Shown in pieces: positions 10,178 through 19,329 of a stretch of 64,000 bases of DNA. The DNA is from an uncultured Elusimicrobia bacterium (GTDB taxonomy: Bacteria; Elusimicrobiota; Endomicrobiia; DTEH01), in the NCBI GenBank assembly GCA_964508565.1, contig CAZDUB010000006.1, positions 10,647 through 74,646 on the forward strand, read 5' to 3'. The notes beneath the pieces were generated by a model that did not search any database, was not told where the DNA came from, and saw nothing but the letters and a program-made list of their open reading frames with translations. How positions within the stretch are numbered: position 1 is the stretch's first letter; every line of letters starts with the position of its first letter. The translations under genes were made by a program, and so were the position numbers.

Positions 10178-12667
10178 ATGGAAAACATTTCTGATTTGTT
10201 AAAGTTAGTATCAAATCCAGGACAGTACATTAATTCTGAATATAATTCAGCGGTAGATTCTATTATTTATAAATGGCAAAAGAAAGATGTCGTAAAAATT
10301 TGTATATGTTATCCTGACAAATATGTAATAGGTATGTCTAATTTAGGAATTGAGATAATTTACAAGTTACTTAACTCATTAGATAATGCTTTATGTGAAC
10401 GCGTTTTTGCACCAGAACAGGATATGGAAGACCTATTATCCAAGACTAATACTGAGTTGTTCTCTTTAGAAACACAACATAAACTTTCGGATTTTGATGT
10501 TATAGGATTTTCTTTACAGCATGAAATGTGTTATACTAACATATTTACGATTTTACATCTTGCCAAAATACCTTTTAAAAGAAAGGAAAGAAAAAACATT
10601 TTTCCTTTAATAATTGCAGGAGGGCATTGTAGTTGTAATTATTCTGTTCTTATGGAATATATAGATTTTTTTGTTATTGGAGAAGCAGAAGATTTTTTAC
10701 CGCAGTTTGTTAATTTGGTTTTTAATTATAAAAGAAAAATTTTAGAAAAAAAAGACGAAAATATTAAATCAGAATTACTTAATGAAATAGATAAATTTAA
10801 GGAAACATTTGTCCCGGAAAACGAAAATAAAAAAGTTTTCCCAGCAGTTGTAGATATAAAGAAAAGTTTTTATCCTTTATCACCAACAGTCCCAACTATT
10901 AGGACTGCTCATCTACGCTTAAATATAGAATTAACTCGTGGTTGTGGCTATAACTGTAACTTCTGTCAAGCTACGTATACCCATAAACCTTTAAGATATA
11001 GGGACAAAGAGTATGTTAAATATATAATAGAACAAAGTTTAAATACTACTGGATATGATGAAATTGCTTTGACAGGATATTGTGTTACTAATTATCCATA
11101 TTTAATAGAAATAATGAAGTTTATTCATAACAAATTTGATAAAAATTATGTATCAATATCTTTACCGTCTTTGAGAATAGAGGATATAAATGAAGAATTA
11201 GTTAGAGAGTTATCGTATCCGAGGAAATCTACAATTACACTTGCTCCCGAAGCAGGTACTGAAAGATTAAGAAAAGTTTTAAACAAAAATATATCTAATA
11301 ACGAGATATTTAATAAAATTAAAATATTGTATAAAAATGGTTTTAAAAAAATAAAGTTATATTTCATGATAGGTTTACCAACAGAAACACAACAAGATAT
11401 AGAATCTATTCCTAAATTGATAAAAGAATTAAAAAAATACTTTCCACTTATTAAGTTTAATGTATCTGTTTCAATTTTTGTTCCAAAACCACATACACCT
11501 TTTCAGTTTGCTAAAATGGATAATTATGAAAGTTTATATAATAAATTAAATTTCTTAATAAAAAATTTAAAGAAAGATATGATTATTGGTTCAGTTAAAA
11601 ATAAAATTTATTCGTCATTTATAGAAGCACTTATTTCTCGCGGTGATAAAAGAATTGGAGATTTGATAGAATCGGTATGGGAAAGAGGAGCAAGGTTTGA
11701 CAATTGGGATGAAAGTTTTAAAGTTGATTTGTGGATTAATGGAATAATAAAAAATAATATAGAGTTAAACGATTATTTATTTACAGAATACTCAGCATTT
11801 GCAAAATTCAGTTGGGATAATGTTGTCTATACTTCTAAAGAGAAACTTTATGAGAGATATAATAATGCTATCCAAGCGTTTGCTCTTAGTTCTTTAGAAC
11901 AGAAAGAGTTACAATTTAGTGAGATTGATATAAGAGGTAATTTCGATAGTGTAGAAACAAGAAACAATACAGAAATAATAAAAAATAAAAACGAAAATCG
12001 TTATACATTGAGATTAAGATTTGCTCGTAAGGGTAAAATTAGATTTATCTCTTATTTTGATCAAATGGAAATCATAAAAAGAACATTAAGAATGTCTAAT
12101 TTACCACTTAGTTACACTCAAGGGTTTAATCCTCAGATTAAACTTTCTTATGCCCCACCTACTTCAATAGGATATGAAAGTGAATCAGAATATGTAGATG
12201 TAGAAATCACAGATTTAATAGATATACATCAAACTATAAAAATAATAAATAAAAATTTGCCACACGGTTTTAGTTTAATGAACGCTAAAATTTTTATGGC
12301 AGAATTGAAGAAAATACCAGCTTTAAACAATGTAGTAAATTTAATAGAATATTTAGTTACATATAGTGATACATTTGCTGTTGAAAAACTTGAGAACTTT
12401 TTTTTAGAGAAAGAAGTAATTGTTGAGAAAGTAAAAAGAACAGGTGTTGATATAATAAACTTGAAAGATCTAATAAAAGACATAAAGATTATAGCTCAAA
12501 ATAAATTACAGCTGTTGTTAAGATTTGGCCCTAACAAGAGTTTAAAACCAGAATTTGTAGTTAGTAAAATTTTCAATATCTCAGAAGAGAATTTATATAA
12601 ATTTGATATCTTAAGAAAAAATTTGTATATAGAAACACCTAATGGAAATATCTTGGAGTTAATGTAA
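10178..12667 (+). CDS. Radical SAM protein (TIGR03960-like) fused to a C-terminal radical-SAM-linked domain (TIGR03936-like)
   Basis: YPDKYVIGMSNLG, RGCGYNCNFCQA (CxxxCxxC), TLAPEAGTERLR, YFMIGLPTE; C-terminal RFARKG..RFIS..D...YTQGFNP..K; usual position after rodA. Confidence 0.85.
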   Translation: MENISDLLKLVSNPGQYINSEYNSAVDSIIYKWQKKDVVKICICYPDKYVIGMSNLGIEIIYKLLNSLDNALCERVFAPEQDMEDLLSKTNTELFSLETQHKLSDFDVIGFSLQHEMCYTNIFTILHLAKIPFKRKERKNIFPLIIAGGHCSCNYSVLMEYIDFFVIGEAEDFLPQFVNLVFNYKRKILEKKDENIKSELLNEIDKFKETFVPENENKKVFPAVVDIKKSFYPLSPTVPTIRTAHLRLNIELTRGCGYNCNFCQATYTHKPLRYRDKEYVKYIIEQSLNTTGYDEIALTGYCVTNYPYLIEIMKFIHNKFDKNYVSISLPSLRIEDINEELVRELSYPRKSTITLAPEAGTERLRKVLNKNISNNEIFNKIKILYKNGFKKIKLYFMIGLPTETQQDIESIPKLIKELKKYFPLIKFNVSVSIFVPKPHTPFQFAKMDNYESLYNKLNFLIKNLKKDMIIGSVKNKIYSSFIEALISRGDKRIGDLIESVWERGARFDNWDESFKVDLWINGIIKNNIELNDYLFTEYSAFAKFSWDNVVYTSKEKLYERYNNAIQAFALSSLEQKELQFSEIDIRGNFDSVETRNNTEIIKNKNENRYTLRLRFARKGKIRFISYFDQMEIIKRTLRMSNLPLSYTQGFNPQIKLSYAPPTSIGYESESEYVDVEITDLIDIHQTIKIINKNLPHGFSLMNAKIFMAELKKIPALNNVVNLIEYLVTYSDTFAVEKLENFFLEKEVIVEKVKRTGVDIINLKDLIKDIKIIAQNKLQLLLRFGPNKSLKPEFVVSKIFNISEENLYKFDILRKNLYIETPNGNILELM

Positions 12668-12694
12668 TTACTTTGAAAAGGAGGTATGCTACTT

Positions 12695-12934
12695 ATGGCA
12701 CATGCAACCAATGGTAGAGATAGCAGACCTAAATATCTTGGAGTTAAAGTTTTTGAAGGTCAATTCGTAAAACCGGGTCAAATTATACTTAAACAAAGAG
12801 GAACAAAATTTTTAGCAGGAAAAAACACTTATATGTCAAAAGATTTTACAATACATTCTAAAATAGAGGGGAAAGTAAACTTTAGATTTATTTCTAAAAA
12901 TAAACAAATTGTAGAAGTTATTCCATTAAACTGA
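12695..12934 (+). CDS. rpmA: 50S ribosomal protein L27 (probable start 12695)
   Basis: NGRDS..KYLGVK, GQIILKQRGTKF, DFTIHSKIEGKV. AGGAGGT at 12679-12685 abuts ATG 12686 but is 9 nt from ATG 12695. Confidence 0.93.
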   Translation: MAHATNGRDSRPKYLGVKVFEGQFVKPGQIILKQRGTKFLAGKNTYMSKDFTIHSKIEGKVNFRFISKNKQIVEVIPLN

Positions 12935-12940
12935 AATATT

Positions 12941-14227
12941 ATGTTTGTAGATAAAGCTACAATTATAGTAGAATCTGGACGAGGTGGTAACGGCTGCGTA
13001 AGTTTTCGTAGAGAAAAGTTTGTACCATATGGTGGACCTGATGGTGGTAATGGTGGTAAAGGTGGTGATGTTTATTTGAAGGCTAATCCAAACATTGCTA
13101 CTTTATATGATTTTTTACACAGACCACACTACAAAGCAGAAAATGGAGAACATGGCAAAGGTAAAAATATGTCCGGCAAAGATGGGAAAGACATATATAT
13201 TGATGTGCCTTGTGGTACAGTAGTTTATAAGATTGACGAAAATAACAATAAAATAAAGATTGGAGATTTAAATACACCATATCAAACAATTTTAGTAGCA
13301 AAAGGTGGTAGAGGAGGGAGAGGAAACGCTGCTTTTAAATCTTCTACAAATAGAGCTCCCAAAATTGCAGAGTTGGGACAACCTGGTGAAGTTGTTAAAT
13401 TGTTTTTAGAATTAAAACTTATTGCTGATGTAGGAATTGTTGGTTTGCCAAATGCTGGGAAGTCAACTCTTCTTTCTGTGTTAACTTCAGCTAGACCTAA
13501 AATTGCAGATTATCCTTTTACTACATTGTATCCAAACTTAGGAGTTTGTAAATACGATAATTTTGAATTTGTATTAGCAGATATACCTGGGATAATAGAA
13601 GATGCTCATAAAGGTAGAGGTTTAGGGTTAGAATTTTTGCGACATATTGAAAGAACAAAACTTATTTTACATTTAATAGACATAAGTGTTGGAAGTGTTG
13701 AAAAAATTTATCATAATTTTAAAATAATAAAAAAAGAGTTAAGAAGTTATTCTAAGGAAATTTTAAAAAAGCCAATGATAATTGTTTTAAATAAAATTGA
13801 TTTAGTTGAAGAAAAAAGATTAAATAAAATAATTAAAAGTTTATCTAAAAAATTGAACAACAAATATCCAATAATTTCTATTTCAGCAATTAAAAAACAA
13901 TCTCTTGATATTTTGGTAAAAAAAATTGTATATTTTTTATCAAAAATTAAAACTGAGAAGTTTGAACCTGAACAATTACAACACCAAGAAACAAAGTTTG
14001 AATATCAACCAATTTATACAATAGAAAAGATTGGTAGTAGTTTTATTATAAAAGGAAAAAAAATAGAAGATATTGTGAAAATGACAAATTTGGATTCTGA
14101 AGAAAGTCTTGAGAGATTGCAGAAGATATTTAAGAAAATTGGACTTGAGAAGATGTTAAAGAAACAAGGTATAAAACCTGGTGATAAAGTTATAATATCT
14201 GATATTGAATTTACATACACTGAATAA
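12941..14227 (+). CDS. obgE: GTPase ObgE/CgtA with C-terminal extension domain
   Basis: MFVD, GGPDGGNGGKGG, GLPNAGKST, DYPFTT, DIPG, NKID. Confidence 0.97.
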   Translation: MFVDKATIIVESGRGGNGCVSFRREKFVPYGGPDGGNGGKGGDVYLKANPNIATLYDFLHRPHYKAENGEHGKGKNMSGKDGKDIYIDVPCGTVVYKIDENNNKIKIGDLNTPYQTILVAKGGRGGRGNAAFKSSTNRAPKIAELGQPGEVVKLFLELKLIADVGIVGLPNAGKSTLLSVLTSARPKIADYPFTTLYPNLGVCKYDNFEFVLADIPGIIEDAHKGRGLGLEFLRHIERTKLILHLIDISVGSVEKIYHNFKIIKKELRSYSKEILKKPMIIVLNKIDLVEEKRLNKIIKSLSKKLNNKYPIISISAIKKQSLDILVKKIVYFLSKIKTEKFEPEQLQHQETKFEYQPIYTIEKIGSSFIIKGKKIEDIVKMTNLDSEESLERLQKIFKKIGLEKMLKKQGIKPGDKVIISDIEFTYTE

Positions 14228-14240
14228 ATTTTTTAAGAAA

Positions 14241-14312
14241 GCCGGCGTAGCTCAGTGGTAGAGCAGGCGCCTTGTAAGCGTCAGGTCGGGGGTTCAAATC
14301 CCTTCGCCGGCT
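14241..14312 (+). tRNA. tRNA-Thr(TGT)
   Basis: Acceptor GCCGGCG/CGCCGGC, anticodon loop CT-TGT-AA, GGTTCAAATCC; no encoded CCA. Confidence 0.95.
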
Positions 14313-14386
14313 TTTTAATTTAGATAATTATTTTGTGTAAACTCTTTAATTTAATTTTTTAATTTTATAAACCATTTAACTTAGTT

Positions 14387-14460
14387 GCGCCTGTAGCTCA
14401 ACAGGATAGAGCAACGGCCTTCTAAGCCGTGGGCTGTGGGTTCAACTCCCTCCAGGCGCG
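14387..14460 (+). tRNA. tRNA-Arg(TCT)
   Basis: Acceptor GCGCCTG/CAGGCGC, stem ACGGC/GCCGT, loop CT-TCT-AA, GGTTCAACTCC. Confidence 0.94.
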
Positions 14461-14498
14461 TTTAATCAGTCAATTATTATTTTTAAAAATTTAGAAGT

Positions 14499-14571
14499 GG
14501 GCCCGTAGCTCAGTAGGTAGAGCACCGGCCTTTTAAGCCGGGTGTCGAGAGTTCGAATCTCTCCGGGCTCA
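14499..14571 (+). tRNA. tRNA-Lys(TTT)
   Basis: Acceptor GGGCCCG/CGGGCTC, stem CCGGC/GCCGG, loop CT-TTT-AA, GTTCGAATC. Confidence 0.95.
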
Positions 14572-14590
14572 CTTTGTTTTGAAAATATTT

Positions 14591-14665
14591 GGTGGTTGTA
14601 GCTCAACTGGATAGAGCACCTGGCTGTGGCCCAGGTTGTTGCGGGTTCGAGTCCCGTCAACCACC
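14591..14665 (+). tRNA. tRNA-His(GTG), with encoded G-1 and C73
   Basis: G + GTGGTTG/CAACCAC + C, stem CCTGG/CCAGG, loop CT-GTG-GC, GGTTCGAGTCC. Confidence 0.95.
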
Positions 14666-14690
14666 CAGAGTGGAAAGTAGTGTTGTTAAT

Positions 14691-14770
14691 AGTTTGAAGT
14701 ATGGAGTTCGGAGTTTAAAGTTTGTAAAAAATTATTATTTCAACTTTGAATTCAGAACTCTATACTAACA
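14691..14770. repeat. Heptamer-built inverted repeat (hairpin) in the tRNA-His/tRNA-Val spacer
   Basis: Arms 14698-14722 and 14742-14766 match at 21/25 positions (24/25 pair allowing G-U). Left arm is AGTTTGA AGTATGG AGTTCGG AGTTTAA AGTTTGT. Confidence 0.85.
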
Positions 14771-14777
14771 TAAAACT

Positions 14778-14849
14778 GGGCGGTTAGCTCAGCGGGAGAG
14801 CGCCCGGTTTACACCCGGAAGGTCAGAGGTTCAAATCCTCTACCGCCCA
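14778..14849 (+). tRNA. tRNA-Val(TAC)
   Basis: Acceptor GGGCGGT/ACCGCCC, loop TT-TAC-AC, GGTTCAAATCC. Confidence 0.94.
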
Positions 14850-14873
14850 TTTTGAGTTTTTAAATTAAAACAA

Positions 14874-14949
14874 GGGCTCGTGGTGTAGCCTGGTTTAACA
14901 CGCTGGCCTGTCAAGCCAGAGAGCGCGGGTTCAAATCCCGTCGAGCCCG
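14874..14949 (+). tRNA. tRNA-Asp(GTC)
   Basis: Acceptor GGGCTCG/CGAGCCC, stem CTGGC/GCCAG, loop CT-GTC-AA, GGTTCAAATCC. Confidence 0.95.
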
Positions 14950-14966
14950 TTTTAGAGGGGGAAAAA

Positions 14967-16070
14967 ATGGCTGAAGTAGTTTTAGAAAATGTGACAAAAA
15001 AGTATGGCGAGTTTGAAGCAGTTAAGGGAATTAACCTTGAAATAAAAGACAAAGAATTTTGTGTTCTTGTAGGTCCTTCTGGTTGTGGAAAGACAACAAC
15101 TTTACGTATGATAGCTGGACTTGAAGAAGTAACCAGCGGTAAGATATATATTGATGGTAAGTTAGTAAATAATTTACATCCTAAAGATAGAGATATAGCA
15201 ATGGTATTTCAGAACTATGCTCTTTATCCTCATATGAAGGTGTATGACAACATGGCTTTTGGGTTAAAAATTCGTGGTTATTCAAAAAAAGAAATTGATA
15301 TGAGAGTAAATGAAGCAGCAGAAATTTTAGGTATAAAACACCTTTTGAACAGATATCCGAAAGAGCTTTCAGGTGGACAAAGACAAAGAGTGGCTGTTGG
15401 TCGTGCTATTGTAAGAAAGCCAAAGGTATTTTTGTTTGATGAACCACTATCTAACCTTGATGCAAAACTAAGAGTTCAGATGCGTGCAGAACTTAAAAAA
15501 CTCCATGAAAGATTGCAAACCACAATTATATATGTAACTCATGATCAAGTTGAAGCTATGACTTTAGGTGACAAAATATGTGTTATGAAAGACGGTGTTA
15601 TACAACAAGTTGATGAACCTATAAAGTTATATGACAATCCTAAGAACAAATTTGTTGGAGGATTCATTGGTTCTCCACCCATGAATTTTGTAGATGTAGA
15701 AATAAAGAAAGAAAATGGTGATTTATATGCTGACGAAGGTACATTTAAACTAAAACTTCCAAAAGAGTTTGAAGACAAAATAGCAAATTATGTAGGTAAA
15801 AAAATGATTCTCGGTATGAGACCGGAATATATGTATGATAAGTTATTTTATTCTGGTCCGATTGCAGAAGGTTCTGTTATAACTTTAACAGTTGATTTTA
15901 TTGAGCAACTCGGTTCTGAAATATATTTACACTTAACAAGTGGTAAAAACAATTTTGTAGTAAAAGCAGATCCACACGATAAGGCTAAACCTAACCAGAT
16001 AATAGAAGTGGTAGTAAATTTAAATAAAATACACTTATTTGACCACGAAACAGAAGAAACAGTTGTATAA
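14967..16070 (+). CDS. Carbohydrate ABC transporter ATP-binding subunit (MalK/UgpC/MsmX family)
   Basis: GPSGCGKT, VFQNYALYPH, LSGGQRQR, FLFDEPLSNLD, YVTHDQ, FIGSPPMN, C-terminal regulatory domain. Confidence 0.93.
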   Translation: MAEVVLENVTKKYGEFEAVKGINLEIKDKEFCVLVGPSGCGKTTTLRMIAGLEEVTSGKIYIDGKLVNNLHPKDRDIAMVFQNYALYPHMKVYDNMAFGLKIRGYSKKEIDMRVNEAAEILGIKHLLNRYPKELSGGQRQRVAVGRAIVRKPKVFLFDEPLSNLDAKLRVQMRAELKKLHERLQTTIIYVTHDQVEAMTLGDKICVMKDGVIQQVDEPIKLYDNPKNKFVGGFIGSPPMNFVDVEIKKENGDLYADEGTFKLKLPKEFEDKIANYVGKKMILGMRPEYMYDKLFYSGPIAEGSVITLTVDFIEQLGSEIYLHLTSGKNNFVVKADPHDKAKPNQIIEVVVNLNKIHLFDHETEETVV

Positions 16071-16071
16071 T

Positions 16072-16278
16072 TTATTTCTTTGAGTAAATAGATACAAAAA
16101 ATTCTATACTTCTATTATATGTCTTTTCTTTTTCTGGTGGGAAAAAGCACCCAGGAAGTTCTCCATGACTTCTATGATACAAAACACATTCACAGCATTT
16201 TCCTTTTCTATGGCAAGGTTCATAACTACAGGTGCAATTCTTTAAGTTTCTATCTATATTACAAATGGATTTATTCAT
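16072..16278 (-). CDS. Small Cys-rich protein (DUF6485-like), probable start 16278
   Basis: [22 protein letters not shown]...LPGCFFP..EKTYNRS; GGAGG RBS precedes the second Met of the track ORF. Confidence 0.7.
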   Translation of the reverse strand: MNKSICNIDRNLKNCTCSYEPCHRKGKCCECVLYHRSHGELPGCFFPPEKEKTYNRSIEFFVSIYSKK

Positions 16279-16373
16279 AGTGGTACCTCCTTCTTGTATA
16301 ATTTTAGACAATGTCAATATTTAAATACAGATCTCAAAAAAATGACAAAAATAAATATATTTTATTAAAATAT

Positions 16374-16400
16374 CTCTGTCCACTCTGTGTCTTTGTGGTG
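16374..16400. repeat. Solo arm of the 9-mer CTCTGTG repeat family
   Basis: CTCTGTCCACTCTGTGTCTTTGTGGTG resembles 30601-30637. Confidence 0.65.
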
Positions 16401-16430
16401 TCTTTCTTTATATAAATTTATATAAATAAT

Positions 16431-18572
16431 TTAAATTCTTTCAAATAATAAAATTATACTTAGAAAAACACTAAATAGGCTCAAAATAGTTCCTATCTTG
16501 AAACTTAAAGGTTCATAAATAAAAATAATTTTGTTTTTGCCTGCTGATAATATTATTCCACTCATAAAGATATTTGTGTGATATATTTTTGTTTCTTTAT
16601 TGTTAACTTTACACTTCCATCCAGGATAAAAATTTTTTGATAAAACAAAAAATTTTGGAGAGTCAGAAATTATTTCTATTATAATTTTATTGTTTAAATA
16701 ATTTATTTTTTCTAAATCTATATTTTTAGATTTTTGGTTATTACTTAGCATCTTTTTAATTTCAAAGTCATAATTGTGTACTATTGCAGTATTAAAAATC
16801 TTCCAGTTTATTTCTTCCATTAGTTTTAAAGATTTTCCTAAGTTAGATTCAAAAATTATGTTTTCTACGGGATATATAACTGGTAAAACAAAAGGATTTT
16901 CATAAATCTTCATATGTTTAAAATTATAAGCAAGTTTGAAGTAATTGGTCTTTTGTTCCAGAGATGATAAAACATATTTAATATTGGCTATACTTAAAAA
17001 CGCTACGGTGTCATCTAATGATTTTCTACTATAAATAAAATTTTTGAATTTATTATAATTTTTCAGTTCAATATCTTGTCCTTGGAAGTTGAAAAGTTTA
17101 TATTCTATATTTACATTTCCTAATAACTTATCTTTATAGTTAGCGATTGCGTTATATAAGTCTTCTGCGTAAGAAATGCCTGCTAATTTTTGTGTTAATG
17201 GAGTTAACATAAAGCGATATTTATGTATGTCTAAATTATTTTTTTCTATCATAAAATTTATCACTTCTTTTTTTTCTTCAAGTATAGAATTAGGTAACAA
17301 CATTGATATTTTATTATTATAAAAATACAATTCAAAAAAAGTAATAATTGCTAAAAGAGATAAAAATTTCTTATATTTTTTTAACTTTATTTCTAAAAAC
17401 TGCAGACCATAACTCCCTAATATACAAATAATAAACAGAATTACATACATTGATGTAGCTGGATATCTAAAAATCCTTATAAATGGAAAAACTTTATACA
17501 AAATCCTAAAAATAAAAAAGTTGTCTCCAAGTGAATAACTCAATATTATGATAGCTACTAAAATTAAAAATATTTTTTCTTTTAAATCTTTATGAAATAA
17601 AACTCCCAATATAACCAAAGCAATAGCTACTACACCGCAATAAAATGTATACCACCAATAATTAGAAATTTCTAAAATTAAGTTTGAATATAAATTTTTG
17701 AAATTAAATTGCCAACTAAAAGGATAAATTAGATTTAACAAATCTTTAAAATTTAATGCTCCCAATCTAGCTTCTTCATATTTTAGCCCAATGTTTTTAA
17801 TATCTTCTCCTGCACGAACAGAATAGAAGAAAAATTCAGCTGTTGGAATGATCTGTATCGAGGCTAAAAGTAATGAAAATGTCAGACTTATTGTTAACAC
17901 TAAAATTGGTGTAGTTGTTTTTCGTTCAAAACATTTATAAATAGCATAAAAAATTAAAAATAAAACAGAATAAACCCATATCTGCGCGTGCCCAGCTAAA
18001 AATTGTATAGCAACCACATAGGATAATATTATAATTTTGTACATTTTTATTGTTTTTATTTCGTCAAACAACAAAATTATTAACGGCAACCATATCATAG
18101 TAGCAAACACGCTTAAAAATTCAATTCTACTTACCATATAGCCATTAAAACTCCAAATAATACTTCCAAATATAGAAGCAGTTAAACTTATTCTTTTTTT
18201 TCTTAGAAACAAAAACATAAATATGAAAGCTAATAAAAAATGCAGAATTATAAATATTTTATATGCTGCTACGAAGTCTTCTAAAAGGTAAAATATTAAA
18301 CTAAAAGGATAAAATACTTGAGATTGCAAGTTTGCTAAAAATGGATAACCACAATAGTTATAATGGTTCCATAGAGGTATTACTTCTAAATAATTTACAC
18401 TTTGAGATTTTAAATTTAACAAGAAATTTTTTGTTAATACTTTCCAGGGTTTAAATTGTAAAATTATATCACGCTGGAAGTATGTTAATGGTTTAAATAT
18501 TATTTTATTGAAAAAAATCAGATTTAAAACACAACCAAATATAAAAACTATTAAATATATTTTTTTTCTCAT
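16431..18572 (-). CDS. YfhO-family multi-TM (GT-C-like) membrane protein
   Basis: PLWNHYNYCGYPFLANLQSQVFYP, FLAGHAQ, many TM segments, C-terminal NFYPGWKCKVN...FIYEPLSFKIG. Confidence 0.82.
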   Translation of the reverse strand: MRKKIYLIVFIFGCVLNLIFFNKIIFKPLTYFQRDIILQFKPWKVLTKNFLLNLKSQSVNYLEVIPLWNHYNYCGYPFLANLQSQVFYPFSLIFYLLEDFVAAYKIFIILHFLLAFIFMFLFLRKKRISLTASIFGSIIWSFNGYMVSRIEFLSVFATMIWLPLIILLFDEIKTIKMYKIIILSYVVAIQFLAGHAQIWVYSVLFLIFYAIYKCFERKTTTPILVLTISLTFSLLLASIQIIPTAEFFFYSVRAGEDIKNIGLKYEEARLGALNFKDLLNLIYPFSWQFNFKNLYSNLILEISNYWWYTFYCGVVAIALVILGVLFHKDLKEKIFLILVAIIILSYSLGDNFFIFRILYKVFPFIRIFRYPATSMYVILFIICILGSYGLQFLEIKLKKYKKFLSLLAIITFFELYFYNNKISMLLPNSILEEKKEVINFMIEKNNLDIHKYRFMLTPLTQKLAGISYAEDLYNAIANYKDKLLGNVNIEYKLFNFQGQDIELKNYNKFKNFIYSRKSLDDTVAFLSIANIKYVLSSLEQKTNYFKLAYNFKHMKIYENPFVLPVIYPVENIIFESNLGKSLKLMEEINWKIFNTAIVHNYDFEIKKMLSNNQKSKNIDLEKINYLNNKIIIEIISDSPKFFVLSKNFYPGWKCKVNNKETKIYHTNIFMSGIILSAGKNKIIFIYEPLSFKIGTILSLFSVFLSIILLFERI

Positions 18573-19327
18573 TTTATGTTAAAAAAATTTTTTGCGTTTT
18601 GTTGTGTAATTGTGTTAACTGTCATAAAATCAAGATTTTTTATCTGTGCTATTTTTTCAATTATATACTTTAAGTTTAAAGGAGAATTTACTCTTCCTCG
18701 TAACGGTTCAGGGGAAAGATAAGGTGCGTCTGTTTCTACTAAAATTTTTTCATTTGGTAAAGTTTTTATTAAATTTTCGTAGTTGCTGTTTTTAAAAGTG
18801 ATAACACCTGTAAAACCTAAATATAGTCCTTTATTTATAACTTTTTTAGCAAATTCTAAATCATTATTCATACAATGAATAACAGCATTTGAGATTTCAT
18901 ATTTTTCTATTATTTCATATACTTGTTGGTTGCTATTTCTTGTATGAATTATTATTGGTAAAGAATGATTTTTAGCGAATTCTATTTGAGATATAAAAGC
19001 AACGATCTGCTGTTGGGGAGAAGAAAAATTATAATAAAAATCCAGACCAATTTCTCCTATAGCTACTAATTTATTTGTAACACTTAAGCTGTTAAACAAA
19101 TTTTCTAATAAATTTTCAGAGTAGTGTTTCGCGTTATGCGGATGAATCCCTACAGCACAGTATAAAAATTCATAATTTTTGTAATATTTTAAAAAATTTT
19201 CAACATCTTTTTCGTTTTCACAAATACATATAATTCCATTGAAATTTAAATTTTTAGTTTCTTCTAAAATTTGCTCTATTTTTTCTAAGAGTTTTTCATC
19301 AAAAATATGAGTATGTGTATCAAACAT
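18569..19327 (-). CDS. tatD: TatD-family nuclease
   Basis: DTHTH, GIHPH, GEIGLD, IIHTR, HC, LVETDAPYL. Confidence 0.93.
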   Translation of the reverse strand: MFDTHTHIFDEKLLEKIEQILEETKNLNFNGIICICENEKDVENFLKYYKNYEFLYCAVGIHPHNAKHYSENLLENLFNSLSVTNKLVAIGEIGLDFYYNFSSPQQQIVAFISQIEFAKNHSLPIIIHTRNSNQQVYEIIEKYEISNAVIHCMNNDLEFAKKVINKGLYLGFTGVITFKNSNYENLIKTLPNEKILVETDAPYLSPEPLRGRVNSPLNLKYIIEKIAQIKNLDFMTVNTITQQNAKNFFNIK

Positions 19328-19329
19328 AA

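Noticed and set aside
14466-15052. Minus-strand ORFs 14466..14660 and 14840..15052
   Set aside because: Antisense translations of tRNA genes.
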